Assembly: GCA_963675295.2 (NCBI GenBank)
Contig: CAXXKJ010000002.1
Span: 832,001 to 896,000 of the forward strand
Direction: 5' to 3'
Origin: a bacterium
GTDB lineage: Bacteria; Electryoneota; Electryoneia; Electryoneales; Electryoneaceae
DNA length: 64,000 nt
The position numbers and the translations under genes are program-made. Positions 49,935 through 58,183 of this stretch are shown in pieces. Numbering within the stretch: the first letter of the stretch is position 1; every line of letters starts with the position of its first letter. The notes under the pieces were generated by a model, which ran no database searches, was not told where the DNA came from, and saw nothing but the letters and a program-made list of their open reading frames with translations.

Positions 49935-49976
49935 AGACAGTCTTGAGTCCCGAGTCTTGAGTCCTGAGACAAAGAC
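49935..49976 (+). repeat. Heptamer array AGACAGT-(CYYGAGW)x4 after the stop codon
   Basis: AGACAGT CTTGAGT CCCGAGT CTTGAGT CCTGAGA CAAAGAC; matches the sense strand of 24702-24750. Confidence 0.8.
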
Positions 49977-50035
49977 TTCGATACGGACTTCAGACATGAG
50001 TTTCAGGCCTAGACTGAAGACGAAAAACGTTTCAT

Positions 50036-50070
50036 CGGGGACACTTACTCCGCTAAGTGTCCCCGTTTTT
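50036..50070 (+). terminator. Intrinsic terminator
   Basis: CGGGGACACTTA-CTCCGC-TAAGTGTCCCCG-TTTTT. Confidence 0.8.
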
Positions 50071-50261
50071 ATCTGTCGCGTGATAGCCAGACCATTTGGT
50101 GCCCGCTGAGCAACAAGGCTGCCGCCGATCCGCCCATTGCCGTCCATCAGGTCAATTCCGGGATTTTCGAGTTGCCTCTGGTCTGGCCGGGACAATGCTC
50201 GTACATTTCGAGGTTACACTACATCACAACGGTTCCCGTGAGACACATGGAGAGTACCAGA

Positions 50262-51605
50262 ATGAAATGGTCCCCTGCCTTGACGGCACTTTTGTTGTTG
50301 CTGGTTCTGTCAATCAGTGCAACCGCCGAGCCGGTGCAATCAGTGCCGGACGGACGGTTCTATATCACCGTGGGCGACGAGCAGATTTGTACGCCTTACC
50401 TGTCCAACCAGTCCATCGACGAGACCCATCCGAGTCGTGACCGCTGTGTGATCATCCTGCCGGGTGGATCACGTGACATTGAGCAGGTTGGCGACTGGAT
50501 GCAGCAGGCGGCGTTCCAGGCAGACGCGTTGGAGACGACATTGCTGGTCGGCGTCCAATTCCTGCTGGAAACCGATGTTGACACGCATCTGCTGCATGAT
50601 GACGTCGCGTTCTGGGACCACATGGCGTGGTACAACGGCGACGTGAGCGATTCCAGCGGGCACAATCCGCGGTATGCTCGCGCGAGCAGCTTTACGTTCA
50701 TGGACAGCCTGGTGTATCACATCTGGCAGTTGAACCCGCATTTTGAGACGTTTGTCATCACCGGCCCGTCCGCTGGCGGGAAGTACACCCAGCGCTACGC
50801 CGCGACGAACCGGATCGAAACCTTCCTCGCGCAGAATGACGGCCCGCCGATGATCTACACCACGATCAACAACGGATCGTTCGTGTACATGGACGCCGGA
50901 CGGCGCGCGATCGACGGTTCTTTCCCGGAGGCGGACGATTTGTCGCTGACCTTCATCCCACGGTACAACAAGTATCCGTACGGGTTGGAAGAGTTGAACG
51001 ACTATGCGGCGGAAACCGGGTCGCAGACGATCTACAACCAGTACCGTTATCGTTGGGGATTTTACATCATCGGCGAGTTGGACAGCGGTCCGAACTCGGA
51101 TGATCAACCGATGGCGTTACAGGGCTACAACAACATTCAGCGGAATGTGTTCTACGCCGAGCACCTGACTTCGACCTACGGCACCGATCACAACCATGAG
51201 GTGATCGTGATCGAGGGCGCGGACCACAACACGCATGAGATCATCCTCGACCCGACGACATGGGAACCGCTGTTCTACTTTGTTCCGCCGGAGTCGGCGG
51301 TGGAGGAAGAGGGTGGTAATGGTGACTCGTCAACGTTGCCGCGGGAAGCGTCGCTGTCGGCCTACCCGAACCCGTTCAACCCGAGCACGAACCTGACAGT
51401 TTCCCTGCCGCACGCCGGCCAGCTTAAGGTGGAAGTGTTCAACATTGCGGGTCAGCGGGTTGCGTTGCTCGAGGACGCGCCGGTCAGCGCTGGCGAGCAC
51501 GCGTTCACCTTCGCGCCGGAGCAGCAGAGCAGCGGGGTGTATTTCGTGCATGTGACCGCTCGCGGCCAGCTCTCCGAAGTCCGCAAGATCACGCTGCTGA
51601 AGTAG
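50262..51605 (+). CDS. Secreted alpha/beta hydrolase-like protein with T9SS tail
   Basis: Signal peptide from ATG 50262; GPSAGG nucleophile elbow, GELD, GADH; C-terminal YPNPFNPST. Confidence 0.8.
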   Translation: MKWSPALTALLLLLVLSISATAEPVQSVPDGRFYITVGDEQICTPYLSNQSIDETHPSRDRCVIILPGGSRDIEQVGDWMQQAAFQADALETTLLVGVQFLLETDVDTHLLHDDVAFWDHMAWYNGDVSDSSGHNPRYARASSFTFMDSLVYHIWQLNPHFETFVITGPSAGGKYTQRYAATNRIETFLAQNDGPPMIYTTINNGSFVYMDAGRRAIDGSFPEADDLSLTFIPRYNKYPYGLEELNDYAAETGSQTIYNQYRYRWGFYIIGELDSGPNSDDQPMALQGYNNIQRNVFYAEHLTSTYGTDHNHEVIVIEGADHNTHEIILDPTTWEPLFYFVPPESAVEEEGGNGDSSTLPREASLSAYPNPFNPSTNLTVSLPHAGQLKVEVFNIAGQRVALLEDAPVSAGEHAFTFAPEQQSSGVYFVHVTARGQLSEVRKITLLK

Positions 51606-51646
51606 GCCTCGGCACGAATAGAAGTGGTGTACATTGTTGCATTTTT

Positions 51647-51677
51647 CAGCCCGGACACATCGTCCGGGCTGTTCTGT
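51647..51677 (+). terminator. Probable intrinsic terminator
   Basis: CAGCCCGGAC-ACATC-GTCCGGGCTG-TTCTGT. Confidence 0.65.
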
Positions 51678-51800
51678 TCCATTCCTCGGGTGAACTCGGC
51701 GGCGTGTCGCGATCACCGTTGCTTTTTCGAAAGCTCGACCCCCATTTTACAACTCTCGCCGAGGTTCGGGTTCAACGCTTTTGCGTGGTGGAGGAGTGAG

Positions 51801-53138
51801 ATGAGATCGTTTGTACTCGTACTGTTCGCCCTGCTGATGCTGAGCGGAACGTGCTATCTAACCTATGCGGATCCAGTGCAGCACGTCCCGCCGTATCGCT
51901 ACACCATCACGGTTGACAACCACTCGCTCTCGCTTCCGATGATCTACAACGAAGACCCGAGCGAACCTCATCCCGAAGCAACTCGTGCGGTGTTGTACAC
52001 CTCGAACGGGACCCGTGAAGTGGTGCCGATCGGTCAGACACTTGTCGATGCGCGCGATTTGGCGGGTGTCGACTCGGCGTCGGTGCTGATGGTTGGCCTG
52101 CAGTACCTCTATGAAGTCGATATCGAAGCGCACGATCTCGACGACGATGTCGCGTTCTGGAAGCACGAGCACTGGTTCATCGGCAATCTCAGCGACTCGA
52201 CGGAAACGCACCCGCGTCCGGTGAAGATCAGCGCGTATGCGTGGATGGACACGTTGCTCGCGCAGGTGGTGAATCTGAACCCGCAGATCGAGATCATTTC
52301 CTTCCTCGGCGAATCGGCTGGCGGAAAGTTTTTCCAGCGCTATGCCGCGACCACCCGGCTGCCGTACGAGATGGACCTGCCGCAGCTGGTATTCGTAACG
52401 GTCAACAATGGATCGTTCCTCTATTTCGACGAATACCGTTTCGACCTCGATGATGAGTGGACCATCCCCGGGCCGATCAACCAGTCGTTCGTGCCGAAGT
52501 ACAACGAGTGGCCGTACGGGCTGGAGGAGCTGAACGAATACGTTACGTTGACCGGTGCGCAGGTCGTTTTCGACAACTTCCCCTCGCGCAACATGTTCCA
52601 TTTCATCGGCGAAGAGGACAACGGTCTAAACTCCGACGACAAGCCGATGAACATGCAGGGTATGAACAACATCATGCGGCACGTCTTCTACTGGGATCAC
52701 CTGCATCATGTCTGGGGTGACGGCATCGAGGACACGCAGCAGGTGATCGTGATGGAGGATTACGGTCACGAGGGCCACGCGATCGTGCGTTCACCCGCCT
52801 GCCGCAACGCCTTGTTCCTTTACGATCCGTCCACTTCGGTGGATAAAACCGGGAACGCGAACGGCACGTTGCCGGCGAGTGTGGAGTTGAGCTCGTACCC
52901 GAACCCGTTCAACCCGTCCGCGACGGTCAAGCTGTATCTGCCGTCCCCGGGCGAGGTACGGGTAAGCGTGTTCAACCTGCTGGGTGAATCGGTCGCGACA
53001 CTGGCGCATGAGGACATGGCGGCGGGGTCGCACACGTTCACGTTTGACGGGTCCGAGATGAGCAGCGGCGTGTACTTCGTGCAGGTTGTCGCGCCGGGAC
53101 AGGTCTACAAGACGAAGAAGATCACGCTGGTGAAGTGA
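51801..53138 (+). CDS. Secreted alpha/beta hydrolase-like protein with T9SS tail; tandem paralog of 50262
   Basis: GGAGGAG before ATG 51801; GESAGG, GEED, GH; shares PYGLEELN and NSDD.PM with 50262. Confidence 0.82.
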   Translation: MRSFVLVLFALLMLSGTCYLTYADPVQHVPPYRYTITVDNHSLSLPMIYNEDPSEPHPEATRAVLYTSNGTREVVPIGQTLVDARDLAGVDSASVLMVGLQYLYEVDIEAHDLDDDVAFWKHEHWFIGNLSDSTETHPRPVKISAYAWMDTLLAQVVNLNPQIEIISFLGESAGGKFFQRYAATTRLPYEMDLPQLVFVTVNNGSFLYFDEYRFDLDDEWTIPGPINQSFVPKYNEWPYGLEELNEYVTLTGAQVVFDNFPSRNMFHFIGEEDNGLNSDDKPMNMQGMNNIMRHVFYWDHLHHVWGDGIEDTQQVIVMEDYGHEGHAIVRSPACRNALFLYDPSTSVDKTGNANGTLPASVELSSYPNPFNPSATVKLYLPSPGEVRVSVFNLLGESVATLAHEDMAAGSHTFTFDGSEMSSGVYFVQVVAPGQVYKTKKITLVK

Positions 53139-53275
53139 CATCTGGCGACAGTCAGATGTCATACGGAAACAGGCATGGTCGTAGGCTCTCGATATTACCA
53201 AACCACAGTCACAAGTCCTAGGCTTCTATTAGTGGAACCTCGTGCTCATCGTTGCTATCAAGCCTTGGCAATCCG

Positions 53276-54625
53276 TTAATAACCCAACACATCCGATAAC
53301 AGATCAGCCATAGCATTTCGCGATGTCGAATTTAGCGATCCAGCGCCATGCCTGCCCTTAGGTGACTCATAGTATTCAAAATGTTCATCATCAAACTTGA
53401 CACCCTCTATCCTCATTTGTTCCGTAAACCAGCGGCTGTTTTGGAATGCAACGATATCGTCCAGGAGACCATGATAGACTTGCAGCGGATATGGACCATC
53501 ATCATATTTCCAATATCTAGCGACTGAATCTTCCAGAAACCAGTAGCGCAGATTTTCTTTAAGGTCAATAGTATCAGGATCGGATAAGTACAGCTCCACT
53601 CCTTTGGAGGCAATTCTCTTTTTCTGATTCAGAAAAATGTCGCCATAGGTGTATTTGGTATCTAGAATCGACCCGTACACCTCGTCAACGATGCGCTCCT
53701 TTACACCACTTGCCAGTAATCGTTTCGCTGCTCGAACATTGAAAGGAGCGTACTGATCCGTGCCCCCATACAGGGCAATGCTAACCTCTAAATCTCCAGG
53801 TACTCCATTGTCGTATAAAACAGGAGCAACTTTGTAGAGCATCCCAGCGCCCAGACTACCACCAATGATACCGACCTTGTTGTTCAGGGATATACCAAGC
53901 GCTGTAGTTTCACTTAGTACAGCTTTTAAGGATTGTAGAATAGCCATGATCTGGATATCATCAGCCGTAAGACCTTTAGTAAGATAGTCCGTCTTGAGTT
54001 GAGGGTCATCGACAGATAACGTTTCGTATTCTCCACCCTCAAATGGTTTATAAGATGACGTTGATTGAATAGCATTCAATGCATTCTGACAAGTAAGAGA
54101 ATAATCTCCAATCCCCGGTAATACAAATTGATAGCCAAAATATAGAGGGAATACAACAATACATTGTTCGCTGTAAAAATCTGTATTATTCAAATGATCG
54201 TCCCATTTGGTTATTTTATCCAAACCAATTGGATCGTTCGTATTTCCATGAAGATTCAATAGAATCGGATATTCCCCGGATCCAGGGGGAGTCGAATCGT
54301 ACGCTGGTAGTCTGACCATGCAATAATGGTAATAATCATGATTGTTCAGCTCGATTGTATGGCGGAACAGGACCATACTGTATGCGTTACCGACTTTGCA
54401 CATGCCGCCAGTTTTGAGAATTTGGAAATTGTCGTATGTATTTGTCGCCAGGCCACTTCTGTGTGTTCTGAGAGCTGTGATTTCGCTTAACGTTGGCGGT
54501 TCATTTAAAATATCGAATTTCGGGTACATATCGGGTTCCCAATACCGGCCAAACCCATTAGGTTGACCGGAGGGACCGAATTGACCAAAATGAAAGAATC
54601 CTGGAGCATTCAGTCTCATGTTCAT
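53276..54625 (-). CDS. AT-rich alpha/beta hydrolase (esterase/peptidase-like), no signal peptide
   Basis: PILLNLHG, GGSLG (Ser), HGLLDDIV (Asp) and GRHG (His). Confidence 0.72.
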   Translation of the reverse strand: MNMRLNAPGFFHFGQFGPSGQPNGFGRYWEPDMYPKFDILNEPPTLSEITALRTHRSGLATNTYDNFQILKTGGMCKVGNAYSMVLFRHTIELNNHDYYHYCMVRLPAYDSTPPGSGEYPILLNLHGNTNDPIGLDKITKWDDHLNNTDFYSEQCIVVFPLYFGYQFVLPGIGDYSLTCQNALNAIQSTSSYKPFEGGEYETLSVDDPQLKTDYLTKGLTADDIQIMAILQSLKAVLSETTALGISLNNKVGIIGGSLGAGMLYKVAPVLYDNGVPGDLEVSIALYGGTDQYAPFNVRAAKRLLASGVKERIVDEVYGSILDTKYTYGDIFLNQKKRIASKGVELYLSDPDTIDLKENLRYWFLEDSVARYWKYDDGPYPLQVYHGLLDDIVAFQNSRWFTEQMRIEGVKFDDEHFEYYESPKGRHGAGSLNSTSRNAMADLLSDVLGY

Positions 54626-55116
54626 GATTCCACCGTGGTTAGCACATTGATGCGAAATGTGAAAGTTGGCGAAACACCATTTGACGCGGCTTTGACAAAT
54701 AGTTCAATGCCAAAATGATTGCCGCTCTCATCACGAATAAGCGGAACCGCGGCGGGAGTTTCGGGGTGGACGAAGTACAGGTAGTAGTTTAAATCCTCGC
54801 CCAGATCAGCCGTCGATAGTTGATAGGCCCAAGCATATTCAGGTATTTCTGCAGGATTGGGGTCACTTGAATCACCGCCTTTGAGATCGATGAATACAGG
54901 CAACCAACGGGTCTCAATTTGCAACGGGGTCACTTCATCATTCTTGATAATTGGGCGCCAAGCGAGCGTGATTTCCTTAACATTTGATATATCAACTACT
55001 TCAAGAATTGCTGACATGTACCCCGTCCCACCAGTGATCGGAACATCATCGAACCAATCCGTGCCGACAGAAAAGCTTGTACCATCCAGGATCGTCATTT
55101 TCGTTTCCAGCGACAT
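54622..55116 (-). CDS. Hypothetical protein, translationally coupled to the hydrolase
   Basis: 164-aa ORF with GGGGGA upstream; ATGA stop/start overlap at 54622-54625. Confidence 0.65.
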   Translation of the reverse strand: MSLETKMTILDGTSFSVGTDWFDDVPITGGTGYMSAILEVVDISNVKEITLAWRPIIKNDEVTPLQIETRWLPVFIDLKGGDSSDPNPAEIPEYAWAYQLSTADLGEDLNYYLYFVHPETPAAVPLIRDESGNHFGIELFVKAASNGVSPTFTFRINVLTTVES

Positions 55117-55256
55117 CGTGGTAGTCCCCCAGTTGAGTAGATGCGGCTCTCATTTTGTCCGCTTGTTCAAGCTAGTCCATAGCTTTTTTTTTTGTCAAGT
55201 ACTATCTTTGTCTGAGGCACGATGTAATTTTCAGATACAACACTTGAGGTGCAATC

Positions 55257-56819
55257 ATGAAAATGACAAAACAAGAAGCTAAATACTTGATTGTACTGAC
55301 ATTACTACTTGCTATGTTTGGTTGTTCTAATCTATACGCTCAACCACAGTTGCTCTGGGAGCAGCGGATAGGGACTGATGACTATGACGCGATGGGAGAT
55401 GTTGCGTTCTGCTCCAATGGTAATCTGTTGTTCACATCACGTTTGCAATCGGATGAGATGATGCTGGATTGTGTTGCTCAAGATGGGACCCCACTTTGGT
55501 CAACACTAACGACAAGTAATTCAGGTCGTGACCTGGAACGGATTGGATCGATCCGGTTTGCATCAACATACACTTACGGTCTTGATAATAGTACAATCGC
55601 AGTATTTAATATAAGTAGCGGGCTTGAATATATTACAGAAACTATAAATGGTGCATCAGAAGGAATACATACATACCTTAATGGCGGGTATCTAGTATCT
55701 GGCAGTATTAGTTTTAATAACCCGTATGTCTGTAGAATTACAAGTAGTGGAAGCATTGTTTGGTATGCACATGTTGGAGGATCGCAGGCATCTTTTTGTA
55801 ACGATATAGCTTCTGGTATCACTAACATTATTTATGCTCCAGTAACATCAAATGATATTATTATTTATAAGATCAGTCCGTCAGGAAGTGTAATAGATTC
55901 TACTATAGTACAAAGGATAAATAATTCATCAGTTCATAGTACACTTAATATCATACAACAGCCTGATGGTAATTTATTAATGTCAGGATGGTTTTCAATG
56001 GAATTCGATTCCACGTATAGTGGCCTTACAATTTCTCCAGATGGAGATATCCTGAATTATTGGGGTCATCAAGATATGTTATTGCCCTATCACTCCCTTT
56101 ATTCTATGCCTGACGGTGGGTCGGTTTCTATTGTTCCTGATGTTGATTCAGATAATGAGATACTCTTCACTCGTTACGATGCTACAGGGACTCCTATAAT
56201 CGACTGGAGTTACGACATGAATGTAGACGATTACATTTATAGTTCAGAAAATCAGACAGTCGTTGTGAATGCACTAGGAGAAATCTTTCTATTCTCTGAT
56301 TATAATTTTTTCAATATTAGAATAAATGACGATGACACGAACGTATTAGCAGCGAAATTCGGTGTCTGGCATACTGATTTGGAAATCGCCGCGAATCGCT
56401 ACAACAATCAAGATCTCCAGGCTCCGGGTCGGTTTCACTGGCATGGCACGTTGACCAACAACACGGACGCCGACATCACAACCGACGTTTGGGTCATTGT
56501 CCGGGGGCCGGACGGCTATCCGAGTGAGCCACTTCGTGTGTGGGAGGACATCACCATCCCCGCGAACGGCGTCTACGAAGCTGACTTGCAGCAGAATGTC
56601 CCGGCGGACGCAGCATCCGGTGAGTACAACTACATCGTCCGCGCTGGAACCTACGATCCTGACAACCCACAACACACTATCCAAGCGTATTTTCCGCTTA
56701 TCGTCACGGGTGGCACGGAAGTCGATCTCGATCCGCCGCGCACGCGCGGGGTTGTCGCCGCCCCGTTTGTCGGGCCGGTGCTGGTTGAGCTTTCGCCGGA
56801 ACTGAAAACCACGGACTGA
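55257..56819 (+). CDS. Secreted predicted beta-propeller protein with AT-rich variable N-terminus and a conserved C-terminal module shared with 12095-13645
   Basis: GAGG RBS; signal peptide then AQPQLLW; APGRFHWHGTL...VDLDPPR.RGVVAAPF.GP tail. Confidence 0.8.
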   Translation: MKMTKQEAKYLIVLTLLLAMFGCSNLYAQPQLLWEQRIGTDDYDAMGDVAFCSNGNLLFTSRLQSDEMMLDCVAQDGTPLWSTLTTSNSGRDLERIGSIRFASTYTYGLDNSTIAVFNISSGLEYITETINGASEGIHTYLNGGYLVSGSISFNNPYVCRITSSGSIVWYAHVGGSQASFCNDIASGITNIIYAPVTSNDIIIYKISPSGSVIDSTIVQRINNSSVHSTLNIIQQPDGNLLMSGWFSMEFDSTYSGLTISPDGDILNYWGHQDMLLPYHSLYSMPDGGSVSIVPDVDSDNEILFTRYDATGTPIIDWSYDMNVDDYIYSSENQTVVVNALGEIFLFSDYNFFNIRINDDDTNVLAAKFGVWHTDLEIAANRYNNQDLQAPGRFHWHGTLTNNTDADITTDVWVIVRGPDGYPSEPLRVWEDITIPANGVYEADLQQNVPADAASGEYNYIVRAGTYDPDNPQHTIQAYFPLIVTGGTEVDLDPPRTRGVVAAPFVGPVLVELSPELKTTD

Positions 56820-56828
56820 AGTCCGTGG
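56809..56828. repeat. REP-like palindrome CCACGGA-N6-TCCGTGG overlapping the stop codon
   Basis: CCACGGA-CTGAAG-TCCGTGG between convergent genes. Confidence 0.65.
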
Positions 56829-56881
56829 CAAGATGCATCTGAATTCCATGGTATACTGTTCGTCGCATTACCCCAAGCCCG

Positions 56882-58042
56882 CTACTGAGCGATATCATGC
56901 ACCGCGGCGATGGCGGTCTGCACCTGGTCCGGGGTGTTGAACGGCCCTAACGAGAAGCGCACGGTACCGTGCAGGTCGAAGGTGCCGATGGATTCATGGC
57001 ATTTCGGCGCGCACTGCAGGCCGGTACGGGTGGCGATGTCGTGGTCGACGTCGAGCATGATGCCGACGTTCATCGCTTCGATACCCTCGACGTTGATCGA
57101 GAACGTCGCGAGGTGATTCTCCAGCGAATCGCAACAGTAGGTCGTCACCTTCGGCAGATCCTTGATACCGTCCACGAAGGTCTGCACCATCGCCATCTCT
57201 TTCGCGTGGATCGCCGCCGGGCCGCCGTTTTCTTCGATCCAGCGTTGCCCCGCCCAGAGGCCGCCGATGCCCATCAGGTTCGGGGTGCCGTATTCCAGCC
57301 GCCACGGGTATTCCGCCAGGTGATACGGAAACGCCGAACGCACGCCGGTCCCGCCGGAGCGGGTCTGGCCGATTTCAAGGTGTTCGCGGACGCAGATGAC
57401 ACCGGTTCCGGTCGGACCCATCAGCGCCTTGTGGCCGGTCGCGACGAGAGCGTCCACATGCCACGCTTTCATGTCGATCGGGACGACGCCGCCGGTCTGG
57501 GACGCGTCAATAACGAACTTTGCCTGGTGATCCTTGAGGATCGCGCCGATTGCGGCGATATCCTGGACGGTGCCGATCACGTTTGAGCCGTGGTTGACGA
57601 CGACCAGCGACGTGTTTGGCCGCAGTGCGTTCTCGAGGTCGGCGGTCTGGATGAAGCCGTGCTCGTTGGGCGCGAGCCAGGTGACTTCGGCGATGCCGTC
57701 ACGTTCGAGACAGTTCAACGGCCGCAGCACGCTGTTGTGGTCGAGGTTGGTGCTGATGACGTGGTCACCCGGTTTGACCAGCCCCTGGATCACGATGTTC
57801 AGGCCGTCGGTGGCGTTGTGGCAGAAGACGGTTCGTTCCGGCAGGTCGCCGTTGAAGAACGCGTTCAGTTTCTTGCGGGTGTTTTCGACGAGATCGCCGG
57901 CGGAGATGGCGGCGTCAAAGCCCGAGCGTCCCGGGTTGACCCCGTTGTGCCGGTAGAAGTCGTCCATGAACGCGTAGACTTCGTCCGGTTTCGGCCACGA
58001 GGTGGCGGCATTGTCCATGTAGATCAGGTCACGGGCGTCCAT
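56882..58042 (-). CDS. Cysteine desulfurase family (class V PLP-dependent aminotransferase)
   Basis: YMDNAATSWPKP, TGHKAL.GP (PLP Lys), E.GTPN and RTGLQCAP (catalytic Cys). Confidence 0.9.
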   Translation of the reverse strand: MDARDLIYMDNAATSWPKPDEVYAFMDDFYRHNGVNPGRSGFDAAISAGDLVENTRKKLNAFFNGDLPERTVFCHNATDGLNIVIQGLVKPGDHVISTNLDHNSVLRPLNCLERDGIAEVTWLAPNEHGFIQTADLENALRPNTSLVVVNHGSNVIGTVQDIAAIGAILKDHQAKFVIDASQTGGVVPIDMKAWHVDALVATGHKALMGPTGTGVICVREHLEIGQTRSGGTGVRSAFPYHLAEYPWRLEYGTPNLMGIGGLWAGQRWIEENGGPAAIHAKEMAMVQTFVDGIKDLPKVTTYCCDSLENHLATFSINVEGIEAMNVGIMLDVDHDIATRTGLQCAPKCHESIGTFDLHGTVRFSLGPFNTPDQVQTAIAAVHDIAQ

Positions 58043-58183
58043 CGCAACTCCCCCACAAAACGGTGTGTTGTTGAGTATCCGGGAAGATAGTGAACGGGGG
58101 TGCGTTCCGGGGCCTCAGGGAGTTGTCTGGAGATCAGACACCACTGTCCAGCACATCTGATTTCCCCCGTAGTCGTAGTGCGT

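Noticed and set aside
56882-58042. Selenium-utilisation or Fe-S cluster operon around the cysteine desulfurase
   Set aside because: No selD, yedF, suf or isc partner genes adjacent
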